This document shows positions 30,611 through 40,123 of a stretch of DNA of 57,556 bases, piece by piece (the first letter of the stretch is position 1; every line of letters starts with the position of its first letter). The stretch lies in IMG/VR virus record IMGVR_UViG_3300013132_000058, positions 1 to 57,556 of that record; one strand, written 5' to 3'. This DNA is from a virus (lineage: Duplodnaviria; Caudoviricetes). Made by a program: the position numbers and the translations under genes. The notes under the pieces were generated by a model that did not search any database, was not told the origin of the DNA, and was given only the letters and a program-made list of their open reading frames with translations.

Positions 30611-30980
30611 TACTAATGTAAACTTTTTTATTGGTTTGCAGTCACAAATGAAAATTTTGCATTGGCAAACAATTGGCTCAGGAAGTTATGCTCAACATAA
30701 TGCGTTCGCAGGTTTTTATGATACAATGGATGAATTGATTGATAATTTTGTTGAACAATCGATGGGTAGATATGGTAGGTTTCAATTGGATGACAATTCT
30801 AATACAATAGAATTAATGAACTATCGAGACGTAGATTTGAAAAAATTTATTGAAGTACTTAGAAATTCATTAATATCAATGTCAAGTGAAATTGATGATA
30901 CTGATACAAATTTATTAAATTTAAGAGATGAAATGTTAGGTGAAGTAAATAAATTAAATTATTTGTTGACGTTGGAGTAA
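30597..30980 (+). CDS. Dps/ferritin-like protein (DUF5856-like)
   Basis: LHWQT..SYAQHNAFAGFYDTMDELIDNFVE resembles the Dps ferroxidase H-W...H...D...E pattern; C-terminal LLNLRDEMLGEVNKLNYLLTLE. Confidence 0.75.
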   Translation: MKNFNTNVNFFIGLQSQMKILHWQTIGSGSYAQHNAFAGFYDTMDELIDNFVEQSMGRYGRFQLDDNSNTIELMNYRDVDLKKFIEVLRNSLISMSSEIDDTDTNLLNLRDEMLGEVNKLNYLLTLE

Positions 30981-30998
30981 AAAAATATTTTCAAAAAT

Positions 30999-31032
30999 AA
31001 AAAGGTCAGAGTTTTTTTTCTGACCTTTTTTT
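30999..31032 (+). terminator. rho-independent terminator
   Basis: AAAAAGGTCAGA-loop-TCTGACCTTTTTTT. Confidence 0.8.
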
Positions 31033-31064
31033 ATTATATTATATACATAACCAAATTTATAATT

Positions 31065-31901
31065 ATGTCAACATTAGATTCAGTACTTGCACAGTACGAA
31101 AAAAACAAACAAGCCACAAGTGGCAACAAAGTTTCTCAGGACGAGAGAATGAAAAAGTATTTCACCACAATTTTACCTAAAGGTTCTAAAGGTGAAGAAA
31201 GAAGAATTAGGATTTTACCGACAAAAGACGGTTCATCACCTTTTGTTGAGGTAAAATTCCACGAAATTCAAGTAGGGGGTCAATGGTTAAAACTGTATGA
31301 CCCAGCACAAGAAGGTAAACGTTCACCCCTAAATGAAGTTTACGAAGGTCTAATGATGGAGGGAGATGCACAAAGTAAAGAAGATGCAAAAACATATCGC
31401 TCACGTAAATTTTACATTGTAAAAGTTATTGATAGAGATAATGAACAGGATGGTGTAAAATTTTGGAGATTTAAGCATAATGCAAAAGGTGATGGTGTTT
31501 TTGATAAAATCTTTCCTATATTCAAAAACAAGGGAAATATTACCGATATTAAAAATGGTAGAGATTTGATTCTTTCATTAACCTTAGCAAAATCTGGTAA
31601 TGGTAAAGAGTATACTGTAATCAATTCAGTCATTCCCGAAGACCCTGGACCTTTACATACTGATAAAGAAACATCTAAAATTTGGGAGAATGACGAACTT
31701 GTATGGTCTGATGTTTATTCCAAGAAAGGAGAAGATTACCTTGAGATGGTTGCAAGGGGGGAAGAACCGAGATGGGATTCTGTCACCAATAAATGGGTAA
31801 GTAATGCTATGGAAGAATCTGAAATTACAAGCAACAAATCGAAAAAGGTTGTTGTCGACCCTCAAATTGATGATAGTGTTGATGATGATTTACCTTTCTA
31901 A
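31065..31901 (+). CDS. single-stranded DNA-binding protein (T4 gp32-like)
   Basis: RIRILP, FYIVKVIDRDNEQDGVKFWRF, DIKNGRDLIL, and an acidic tail ending DDDLPF. Confidence 0.85.
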   Translation: MSTLDSVLAQYEKNKQATSGNKVSQDERMKKYFTTILPKGSKGEERRIRILPTKDGSSPFVEVKFHEIQVGGQWLKLYDPAQEGKRSPLNEVYEGLMMEGDAQSKEDAKTYRSRKFYIVKVIDRDNEQDGVKFWRFKHNAKGDGVFDKIFPIFKNKGNITDIKNGRDLILSLTLAKSGNGKEYTVINSVIPEDPGPLHTDKETSKIWENDELVWSDVYSKKGEDYLEMVARGEEPRWDSVTNKWVSNAMEESEITSNKSKKVVVDPQIDDSVDDDLPF

Positions 31902-31917
31902 TTGAATCAAAAATAGT

Positions 31918-31965
31918 GAACCCCTTGGGTTGGTCAGATTGGTCAAAGACCAATCCTTGGGGTTC
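31918..31965 (+). promoter_or_regulatory. GC-rich structured element between the SSB and recombinase genes
   Basis: Outer stem GAACCCC/GGGGTTC and inner stem GATTGGTC-AAA-GACCAATC, with a duplicated TTGGTCA. Confidence 0.55.
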
Positions 31966-31985
31966 CTTTACCAAAAATTTGTAGT

Positions 31986-32990
31986 ATGGCAATCAAGAAA
32001 AAAAGTTTTGATTATATTTCTAAGTTTTCGAGTAGTACAAAATATAAGAATGAAGATTTTTATTATTGTGGGGAAGCATTTAATCAAGCGTGTGGTCTTC
32101 CCGGTCCAGTAATGGGAAACATTAATATGTTTCTTGGTCATACCAACTCTTCAAAGACAACAGCAATGATTTTGTCTGCAGTAGATGCACAAAAAAAAGG
32201 AGATTTACCTATTCTTATTATTACTGAACGTAAATGGAAATGGGAACATGCACTTGAACTTGGATTTCAGGCAGAAAAAAATGAAGATGGAGAATGGGTT
32301 GGAGATTTTATTTTCAATGACTCATTTGATTATATTGAACAAGCAACAGATTTTGTGAATGAAATATTGAATTTACACGAAAAAGGTGAAATCCCAAGAA
32401 ATATTTTGATTTGTTGGGATTCAATCGGTTCTATTCCATGTAAATTGACATATGACGGTAAAGGTGGTAAACAACATAACGCATCAGTACTTTCTGATAA
32501 AATCGGTATGGGTATTCATGCAAGGATTACAAAATCAAAAAAAGAAGATTACCCAACAAAAGAATCTCCTTTCTATGTGACGATGGTTGTAGTAAACCAA
32601 CCATGGGTAGAACTACCCGATAATCCTTTTGGACAACCTGAGATTAAAGCAAAAGGTGGAGAAGCATTATGGTTAGCATCCGCACTTGTATTTTTATTTG
32701 GAAATCAAAAGAAATCAGGTATTAATCACATAGATGCAGTTAAAGGAGGTAGAAAAGTTTCATATGCGGTGAGAACTAAAGTATCAATATTAAAGAATCA
32801 CGTAAATGGATTGGGTTATAAAGATGGTAAGCTTATTGTTGTACATAATGGTTATATTCCTGATACGAAAGAGGCGTTAGAAGAATACAAAAAACAATAT
32901 TCAGAATTTTGGTCTCAAAAACTTGGTGGCGTTTTTACATTATCTGAATCAGTAACAACTGAGGATGATGAAGATGAATCCGATTATTAA
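31986..32990 (+). CDS. RecA/UvsX-like recombinase
   Basis: Walker A-like GHTNSSKTT, IITERKW, Walker B ICWDSIG, VVNQ, KGGEAL, and an acidic C-tail; adjacent to the SSB gene. Confidence 0.85.
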   Translation: MAIKKKSFDYISKFSSSTKYKNEDFYYCGEAFNQACGLPGPVMGNINMFLGHTNSSKTTAMILSAVDAQKKGDLPILIITERKWKWEHALELGFQAEKNEDGEWVGDFIFNDSFDYIEQATDFVNEILNLHEKGEIPRNILICWDSIGSIPCKLTYDGKGGKQHNASVLSDKIGMGIHARITKSKKEDYPTKESPFYVTMVVVNQPWVELPDNPFGQPEIKAKGGEALWLASALVFLFGNQKKSGINHIDAVKGGRKVSYAVRTKVSILKNHVNGLGYKDGKLIVVHNGYIPDTKEALEEYKKQYSEFWSQKLGGVFTLSESVTTEDDEDESDY

Positions 32991-33006
32991 TCTGTAATAA
33001 ACTTTA

Positions 33007-34029
33007 ATGTCTGTATTATTAGTTGATGGTGACAATTTACTTACAATCGGTTTCTATGGTGTTAAAAATTATTTCTACAAGGGAAATCATATTGGAGGAA
33101 TATATCATTTTCTCAATACTCTTAGGAGAGCGTTTGAAACATATTATTTAGATAAAATAGTTGTATTTTGGGATGGTGAAGATTCGTCGCATTCAAGAAA
33201 AAAAATATATGCAAATTATAAAGCAAATAGGAAAGAAAGATTAAAATCTGAAGAGGAAAAAAATTCATACCAATATCAACGATATAGAATAAAACAATAC
33301 TTAGAAGAAATATATGTTAGACAAGGTGAGTATCAATATTGTGAAACAGATGATTGTGTTGCATATTACACACAACAATCAAATGAAAACAATATCATAA
33401 TATATTCATCTGACGGTGATTTAACTCAATTAATATCTGATAAAATTAAACTATATAATCCTCAAAAAGGAAAGATTATAAATATTGGTGACATTTCAAA
33501 TTTTAAAAACGAAGATATTTTAGTAGAAAATATCGTTGTTGCTAAAATGATATGTGGGGATTCTTCAGATAATTTTCATGGAATAAGAAATTTTGGTATT
33601 AAAACATTAGTTGAACTTTTTCCTGAAATTAAAAAAGAAAAACTTACGATTGAAGATATAATTAATAAAGTACAAGTCTTACATGAAAATGATAAAGACA
33701 ATAGAAAACTTATCAATTTATTGACAGGGGTAACGAAGGAAGGAGTTATGGGGGATGAATATTTTGAAATTGCAAAAAAAATTATAGAATTAAAAGAACC
33801 AATATTGACAGAGGAAGCTAAGAATGATATTTATAGTCTTATAAATGAGAGTTTGGACCCAGAAGGAAGGTCGTACAAAAATACATTGAAAATGATGTCA
33901 CAGGATGGTATTTTCAATATATTACCTAAATCAGATGATGGATGGATAAACTTTATAAATCCATTTTTAAGATTGACAAGAAAAGAAAAAAACAAAAGAA
34001 TGATAAAAATTAAACAAAATGAAAAGTAA
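33007..34029 (+). CDS. 5'-3' exonuclease / RNase H (FEN1, T4 rnh-like)
   Basis: LLVDGDNL, VFWDG, YKANR, ETDD, SSDGDLTQL, and the helix-hairpin-helix GDSSDNFHGIRNFGIKT. Confidence 0.92.
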   Translation: MSVLLVDGDNLLTIGFYGVKNYFYKGNHIGGIYHFLNTLRRAFETYYLDKIVVFWDGEDSSHSRKKIYANYKANRKERLKSEEEKNSYQYQRYRIKQYLEEIYVRQGEYQYCETDDCVAYYTQQSNENNIIIYSSDGDLTQLISDKIKLYNPQKGKIINIGDISNFKNEDILVENIVVAKMICGDSSDNFHGIRNFGIKTLVELFPEIKKEKLTIEDIINKVQVLHENDKDNRKLINLLTGVTKEGVMGDEYFEIAKKIIELKEPILTEEAKNDIYSLINESLDPEGRSYKNTLKMMSQDGIFNILPKSDDGWINFINPFLRLTRKEKNKRMIKIKQNEK

Positions 34030-34264
34030 AATTGAATTACTGAACTCAGAAGGACCAATTTTAGAATTGTATAAAAAATCAACTTTTATGCTAAGATTTA
34101 AAGAGTCTGGTGAGTTGATGGAAATTAATGAAAAAACATTAAGACAATTTTTAGATGGTAAATTGACACTAATCACAGAAGATTCAAAAGGATGGAACAT
34201 GAATGATTTCTCCGATGGAATGAAACAATCAAAAGAAAAAATTAATCAATTTATAAACAGTTAA
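34019..34264 (+). CDS. hypothetical protein (81 aa)
   Basis: ATG ORF filling the gap in the replication operon and overlapping the previous stop. Confidence 0.6.
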   Translation: MKSKIELLNSEGPILELYKKSTFMLRFKESGELMEINEKTLRQFLDGKLTLITEDSKGWNMNDFSDGMKQSKEKINQFINS

Positions 34265-34266
34265 AT

Positions 34267-34707
34267 ATGCAACAAGAATTAACAAAGTTTGAGTTTTTAT
34301 TATCTCTTGATGACAATATTATTTGTCAAAGATTTTTTAATGTAAAAAATCATAACCCAAAATCAAGGCGTTCAATGAATTTACACGAATGTGTAAAAAA
34401 AATTTGTGAGACAATTTCAGAAGATTTGAAAATAAAAAGTTCTGATTATCTATGTGAAAATCAAAACTTTTTTTTGTCTCCCGATGTTGTGGAAGAAGTG
34501 AATAATGATAAAGAAGAATATTTTGATTTAGTAATTAAGTTAGATGAGAATGTATTTATTCAAAGAATATTTCCAGCATATTATTATCACCCTAAGGTAA
34601 GATATACGGTTGATATTCGTAATAGGTTGAAACAATTCTTATCGGATTTAACTGAAACGTTATCCATGACAGAATTGGAGACGACCTATTTAGGTTATGA
34701 ACTTTAA
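34267..34707 (+). CDS. hypothetical protein (146 aa) upstream of the helicase
   Basis: Tightly packed ORF with IICQRFFNV and YHPKVRYTVDIR blocks; function unknown. Confidence 0.7.
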   Translation: MQQELTKFEFLLSLDDNIICQRFFNVKNHNPKSRRSMNLHECVKKICETISEDLKIKSSDYLCENQNFFLSPDVVEEVNNDKEEYFDLVIKLDENVFIQRIFPAYYYHPKVRYTVDIRNRLKQFLSDLTETLSMTELETTYLGYEL

Positions 34708-34716
34708 AAAAAAAAG

Positions 34717-36093
34717 ATGTCAGAAAAAAACTTTGGATATTTAGGGTTTGATTTTCAACAAAAATTGATTAAAGCAATTATTGAAGATAAAAAATATGCT
34801 GAAAGGATTATAGATATAATTGAAAGTAAATTTTTTGAGAATTCTTCATTTAAATTCATAATGGAGAATATAAAGGAGTTTTATAATAGATTTGAAAGGA
34901 TACCCGATTATGTTACTTTATCACAAAAAATAGTAAATGAGAACGGTAACAATACTACATGTAACATACATTTGGATACGTTAGAAATACTAAAAAATTC
35001 TGACCATAATACAGACTATGTTCAAGAAACTGCGTTGAATTTTTGTAGACAACAAAATTTAAAAAAAGTATTAAAAAGAGTTGATAAAATTATTGAAGGT
35101 GGAGAATTTGAAAAGTATAGTGAAATCGAAAATCTGATTGTAGATGCATTACAGGTTGGTGTTCAAGAAGATGAACCAACTGATGTTTTTGATGATATTG
35201 ATAGTGCATTAGAGAAGAATTACAGACATCCAATACCCACAGGTATAGTAGGTATAGATAACCTCTTAAAGGGTGGTTTAGGTCGTGGAGAATTAGGAAT
35301 TATACTTGCACCAACAGGTGTTGGTAAAACTACCATTCTATCAAAATTTTCTAACACGGCATATAATATGGATTTTAATGTTCTTCAAATCTTTTTTGAA
35401 GATAATATGGGAGATATCAAAAGAAAACATTATACTATATGGTCTGGAATTCCATCTGATTACCAACCTGACAATAAGAGCGAAGTAATTGATAAAGTAC
35501 AAGAAATAAAAAGTAAATCTAAAGGAAGACTTAAACTTCTTAAACTTCCAAGTAGTGAAGTTACAATATCACAAATAAAATCAATAGTACGAAAAAAAGT
35601 TGCAGATGGTTTCAAAATTGATTTGTTAATCATAGACTATGTTGATTGTATACATCCAGAAAAATCTGCGAATGGTGAAGAGTGGAAAGGTGAGGGTGCA
35701 ATAATGAGAAGATTAGAATCTATATCTAGTGAATTTAATTTAGCGATATGGACTGCAACACAAGGTGGTAGAGATTCAATATCATCTGATATTGTTAATA
35801 CTGACCAAATGGGTGGTTCCATAAAAAAAGCACAAATTGCACATGTAATTGTATCTGTGGCTAAAACTTTGGAACAGAAAGAACATAATCTTGCAACAAT
35901 TGCATTATTAAAATCTAGAATAGGAAAAGATGGTATTGTTTTTGAAAATTGTAAATTTAACAATGAATATATATTAATTGATACTGAATCACAAAGTACA
36001 TTATTGGGTGTAGAGGAACAAAAAGTACAAGACAGACAAGAAAGAGCAAAACAGGCTTTTCTGAAAAGACAAGAATTAAGTAATAAAAATTAA
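34717..36093 (+). CDS. replicative DnaB-like helicase (T4 gp41-like)
   Basis: IPTGIVGIDNLLKGGLGRGEL, Walker A APTGVGKTT, FFED, Walker B IIDYVD, WTATQ, LLKSRIG. Confidence 0.93.
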   Translation: MSEKNFGYLGFDFQQKLIKAIIEDKKYAERIIDIIESKFFENSSFKFIMENIKEFYNRFERIPDYVTLSQKIVNENGNNTTCNIHLDTLEILKNSDHNTDYVQETALNFCRQQNLKKVLKRVDKIIEGGEFEKYSEIENLIVDALQVGVQEDEPTDVFDDIDSALEKNYRHPIPTGIVGIDNLLKGGLGRGELGIILAPTGVGKTTILSKFSNTAYNMDFNVLQIFFEDNMGDIKRKHYTIWSGIPSDYQPDNKSEVIDKVQEIKSKSKGRLKLLKLPSSEVTISQIKSIVRKKVADGFKIDLLIIDYVDCIHPEKSANGEEWKGEGAIMRRLESISSEFNLAIWTATQGGRDSISSDIVNTDQMGGSIKKAQIAHVIVSVAKTLEQKEHNLATIALLKSRIGKDGIVFENCKFNNEYILIDTESQSTLLGVEEQKVQDRQERAKQAFLKRQELSNKN

Positions 36094-36108
36094 TATAAAA
36101 AAAGTAAA

Positions 36109-38376
36109 ATGCAAAAAGGTAAAAAGTTTTTGAGTGATTTAAAATTGTATTCTGATTATTTCAAATGGAGAGAAGACCTAAATAGGTATGAAAATTGGCA
36201 AGAATCCTGCGAAGACATTATTAATGGGCATAGAAAAAAGTATGCAGGTACTTACATTGATGATTATTTACTTTCAGCATTAGAAAGTATGATTGACCAA
36301 GCAGTACTAGCATCACAAAGAAATCTTCAATATCGTTACAATGAAATTATGAGGCATAATACAAGAATGTTTAATTGCACTAGCACACATATTATGCGTA
36401 ATCGTGTTTTCCAAGAAATTTTTTATCTTGGTTTATCTGGTTGCGGTGTTGGTGGTGGATTACTTTTACCATTTGTAGATAATTTAAGCCGCATTCAAAA
36501 AAGAACATTGGGAACCAAAACCTATATTGTACCTGATAGTATAGAAGGATGGGCAGACGCTTTGGGCGTTCTTATGTCGTCTTATTTTGCTGACAAACAA
36601 CCATTCCCTGAATATGCTGGATATGAAGTAAAGTTTGATTATTCTAAAGTGAGAGAAAAAGGGACTTATATTAGTGGTGGTTTTAAGGCACCTGGGCCTG
36701 ATGGTCTTAAACAATCTTTGGAAAAAATTGAACAATTAATAGAAAAATGGATTGAGAAAGAAGGAAATAAAATCAGACCAATTTTAGCATTTGATATTAT
36801 TTGTCACGCTTCTGATGCTGTATTATCTGGTGGTGTTAGAAGGTCAGCACTTAACATGATTGTGGACCCGAATGACCAAGAAATGATTCATGCAAAAGTT
36901 GGAAATTGGAGAAGTGAAAACCCTCAAAGAGCAAGAAGTAATAATTCTGTTCTTCTTTTGAGAGGGAAAGTTACAAAAGAAGATTTTGAATATCTTGTAA
37001 AATTAAATGAAGGAGATAGTGATATTGGTTTCTTATTTGCAAATTCATGGTTCGACATGTTTAATCCATGTTTTGAAATTTTAAAATTACCTATTCTTGA
37101 CACAATTGATTTCTCCAAAATTGACTATGAAGATATTTGTCATTATGTCAAATCAAATGAACACAAATTTGGAATCCAAGGTTGTAATCTTACTGAGATT
37201 AACGCAGAAAAAGCAACAACTAAAGAAAAGTTTTTCAAAGCATGTAGAGATGCTTCAATTCTTGGTACACTCCAAGCTGGGTATAATTCATTCCCATATC
37301 TTGGTGAAGTAAGTGAAAAGATATTTGCTAGAGAAGCACTTCTTGGGGTTAGTATTACTGGATGGATGAACAATCCTATGTTATTCAACGCTGAACTTTT
37401 AAAAGAAGGTGCACAAGTTGTTAAACAAACTAATAAAGAACTTGCTCAAATTATAGGTATAAATCAAGCAGCAAGAACCACATGCGTAAAACCTTCTGGT
37501 AATGCTTCTGTAGTATTAGGAACATCATCTGGTATACATCCAGAACATTCTGAAAGATACTTCCGTATCATGCAACTTAATAAAGAGAGCAACACCGCAA
37601 AATGGTTAGATAACAACATGCAGTTTCTTTTAGAGGATAGTGTGTGGTCACAAACTAAAAGTGATTATGTTGTATTTGTACCGGTTGAAAATCCGAAAAA
37701 AGGTTTATTCAAAAAGGATATGAAAGGTGTTAAACATCTTGAGTTAATTAAACTTGTTCAACAAAATTGGGTAAATGCTGGTACAAATCCTGAAAAGTGT
37801 GTATATAATCCTGTGAACCACAATACATCTTGCACAGTTATTATAGATGATAAAGAAACTATTATAAACTATATCTGGGACAACAGACAAGATTTCACAG
37901 CCGTATCATTTATTTCAGACTATGGTGACAAGGATTTTAATCAGGCACCATTCACGTCTGTGCTTACATTAGAGGAATTGGTTACCGAATATGGTAAAGG
38001 TGCTGTATTGGCTTCTGGATTGGTTGTAGACGGTCTTCATTATTTTGAAAACAATCTATGGAATGCGTGTGACACATTAATCAACATGGGAACCGAATAT
38101 GCTTTGCCTATTACTGGAACAAGAGAACAAGTTTTACTAAAGAAGTATTGGTTAGATAGGGCCAAAAAGTTTGCTAAGAATTACTTTAAAGGTGATTTAA
38201 AGAAAATGGTCTATTGTTTGAAAGATGTACATTTATTCCACAAATGGGAAACAGTTACAAGACAATTCAAAGAAGTAAATTTTGGAGAAATTCTTGATAA
38301 ACCACAGTTCAAGGACATTAGTGATTATGGTGCTCTCAGTTGTGCAGGGGGGAGTTGCGAGATAGTTCGTATTTAA
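36109..38376 (+). CDS. nrdJ: ribonucleotide reductase, probably class II (adenosylcobalamin-dependent, RTPR-like)
   Basis: FNC, GCGVG, GGVRRSA, NPCFEI, GCNLTEIN, TCVKPSGN and C-terminal CAGGSCEI; no nrdB gene nearby. Confidence 0.8.
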   Translation: MQKGKKFLSDLKLYSDYFKWREDLNRYENWQESCEDIINGHRKKYAGTYIDDYLLSALESMIDQAVLASQRNLQYRYNEIMRHNTRMFNCTSTHIMRNRVFQEIFYLGLSGCGVGGGLLLPFVDNLSRIQKRTLGTKTYIVPDSIEGWADALGVLMSSYFADKQPFPEYAGYEVKFDYSKVREKGTYISGGFKAPGPDGLKQSLEKIEQLIEKWIEKEGNKIRPILAFDIICHASDAVLSGGVRRSALNMIVDPNDQEMIHAKVGNWRSENPQRARSNNSVLLLRGKVTKEDFEYLVKLNEGDSDIGFLFANSWFDMFNPCFEILKLPILDTIDFSKIDYEDICHYVKSNEHKFGIQGCNLTEINAEKATTKEKFFKACRDASILGTLQAGYNSFPYLGEVSEKIFAREALLGVSITGWMNNPMLFNAELLKEGAQVVKQTNKELAQIIGINQAARTTCVKPSGNASVVLGTSSGIHPEHSERYFRIMQLNKESNTAKWLDNNMQFLLEDSVWSQTKSDYVVFVPVENPKKGLFKKDMKGVKHLELIKLVQQNWVNAGTNPEKCVYNPVNHNTSCTVIIDDKETIINYIWDNRQDFTAVSFISDYGDKDFNQAPFTSVLTLEELVTEYGKGAVLASGLVVDGLHYFENNLWNACDTLINMGTEYALPITGTREQVLLKKYWLDRAKKFAKNYFKGDLKKMVYCLKDVHLFHKWETVTRQFKEVNFGEILDKPQFKDISDYGALSCAGGSCEIVRI

Positions 38377-38423
38377 TTTAATTAGAAATTAATTTCTTAT
38401 AAAAAGTAAATGAATATTTATGA

Positions 38424-39101
38424 ATGATGAAAAGATTGACGATTGTTATACCAAGCAAAAACGAAGGAAAAACATTAATAAAATGTTTAAGTCTTTTAGA
38501 ATTGCAAACCGAAAATTTTGATATAATAATTGCAGATTCATCAGACATTCAGGATATTGAATTACATGAATACGTAAAAGAAAAGTTTCATATAAGAATT
38601 ATTGATGGAGGTTTGCCAAGTGTGGCACGTAATAAGGGGTTTGACTTAGTTCAAACCCCTTATGTTCTTTTTTTGGATGCAGATATTATGTTGTACGATA
38701 CAAAAATCTTGGAAACATGTATACAAAGAATGAATGAATATGAATTAATAAGTTGTGTTTATAAATGTGATGATAACAAATATAATTATGTTTGGAAATT
38801 TTATCACATTATTCAAAAAATTATGTCAGAAACTTTTGTTGTTGGTGGTTTCCAATTATGGAATGTACAAAAATTTAAAGAATATGGGAAATTTGACATC
38901 AATATAAAAGTTGCTGAGGATTGGATGTTAAGTAGAAAAGTAAAAAAACATAAACACAAACTAATAGATAGATATATATATACTTCAGGTAGAAGATTTA
39001 AAAATAAGGGTGTTATGTGGATGTTATATCTAATGTTAAATTCTTGGATAAATAGAAATAATATAAAATGGTTTTATAAAAGTCACAATTATTGGTCATG
39101 A
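38424..39101 (+). CDS. glycosyltransferase family 2
   Basis: TIVIPSKNE, IIIADSSD, ARNKG, DxD motif FLDAD, AEDW, TSGRRF, and an amphipathic C-terminus. The start may be the second ATG at 38427. Confidence 0.9.
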   Translation: MMKRLTIVIPSKNEGKTLIKCLSLLELQTENFDIIIADSSDIQDIELHEYVKEKFHIRIIDGGLPSVARNKGFDLVQTPYVLFLDADIMLYDTKILETCIQRMNEYELISCVYKCDDNKYNYVWKFYHIIQKIMSETFVVGGFQLWNVQKFKEYGKFDINIKVAEDWMLSRKVKKHKHKLIDRYIYTSGRRFKNKGVMWMLYLMLNSWINRNNIKWFYKSHNYWS

Positions 39102-39190
39102 AAAAGAAAATTAATTTAGAATTAATTATTATTACAACCGTATCGTTATTTATACTTAGTTTAAAAATTTCTCAATGGTTGATACGATAA
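39098..39190 (+). CDS. small membrane peptide (30 aa)
   Basis: ATGA overlap with the GT2 stop; MKKKINLELIIITTVSLFILSLKISQWLIR has a basic N-terminus and a hydrophobic helix. Not in the ORF track. Confidence 0.45.
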   Translation: MKKKINLELIIITTVSLFILSLKISQWLIR

Positions 39191-39936
39191 TCATATCTGA
39201 TTTACATTTAGGTACAAGGGATTGTAAATCAGAAGAATTATTAGAATTTTTATCAAATAACGAATGTAGAAATTTGATTTTAAATGGTGATATTATTGAT
39301 GGTTGGGCAATAAATAGAGGGTCTAAATGGAGAAAAAAACATACAAAAGTAATTAATAAATTATTTGAAATATCAAAAAAAACAAACGTCATTTGGGTTA
39401 GAGGTAATCATGACGAATTTTTAGATGAATTTATCGATTTTAATATAGGTAATATTAAAATCGTAAGAAATTTTGTATTGAATATACAACATTGGGTCAA
39501 AGAAGATGTTTTTGAAAATAGAAGATACTATGTTTTTCATGGTGATGATATTGATGTTTTCATGTTGAAATATAAATGGTTATCAAAAATAGGTAGTATT
39601 GGATATGATATTGCTCTTTGGTTAAACACATATTATAATAAATGGAGAAAATATCGTGGATTAAAATATAAATCAATATCAAAACCACTAAAGCAAAATG
39701 TAAAATCTGCAATTAATTATGTAAATGATTTTGAAGTCACAGCAACAAAAATCGCAAAATATAATGAATGTGTTGGAGTCATATGTGGTCATATACACCA
39801 AGATAAAAACATATTTATAGATAATATACATTATTTGAATTCAGGAGATTGGGTAGAGTCAATGACTGCAATAATCATTCATCAAGATGGAAAAATTGAA
39901 TTATTAACATATAAATTAAAAATTGAACATGAGTAG
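39175..39936 (+). CDS. metallophosphoesterase of the PlcP/LpxH2 type (phospholipase C-like)
   Basis: IISDLHLG, NGDIIDGW, RGNHDEFL, FHGD, ICGHIH and YLNSGDWVESMTA, plus the amphipathic insert typical of PlcP/LpxH2. Confidence 0.85.
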   Translation: MVDTIIISDLHLGTRDCKSEELLEFLSNNECRNLILNGDIIDGWAINRGSKWRKKHTKVINKLFEISKKTNVIWVRGNHDEFLDEFIDFNIGNIKIVRNFVLNIQHWVKEDVFENRRYYVFHGDDIDVFMLKYKWLSKIGSIGYDIALWLNTYYNKWRKYRGLKYKSISKPLKQNVKSAINYVNDFEVTATKIAKYNECVGVICGHIHQDKNIFIDNIHYLNSGDWVESMTAIIIHQDGKIELLTYKLKIEHE

Positions 39937-40123
39937 AACTTTTGAAAAAGGAATACATTATTATTTGGTTGATACAAGAGTTGTATTTACTGAAATATAT
40001 CATTTAGAAAGAGGGTATTGTTGTGGTTCCGTAAAAGATGGTTGCAGACATTGTCCATACGAACCAAAAGGACAAAGGGGTAATACCAAAGTAAAAGAAA
40101 AAGATAAAAACTCGGACGAATAG
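39929..40123 (+). CDS. small Cys-rich protein (DUF5522-like)
   Basis: VFTEIYHLERGYCCGS..GCRHCPY; ATG at 39929. Confidence 0.75.
   Translation: MSRTFEKGIHYYLVDTRVVFTEIYHLERGYCCGSVKDGCRHCPYEPKGQRGNTKVKEKDKNSDE

Noticed and set aside
31918-31965. tRNA or simple terminator
   Set aside because: It is too short, has no cloverleaf or TTC loop, and lacks a convincing U-tract.
31930-32112. 60-aa ORF overlapping the recombinase start
   Set aside because: Its TTG start lies inside the hairpin, it is out of frame with a well-supported gene, and it has no recognisable features.
36109-38376. Class I RNR alpha subunit, or an intron/intein in RNR, PolB or helicase
   Set aside because: No beta subunit is adjacent (the Dps-like protein is too short and lacks the NrdB pattern), motifs fit RTPR-type enzymes, and these ORFs are uninterrupted with no Hint or endonuclease blocks seen.
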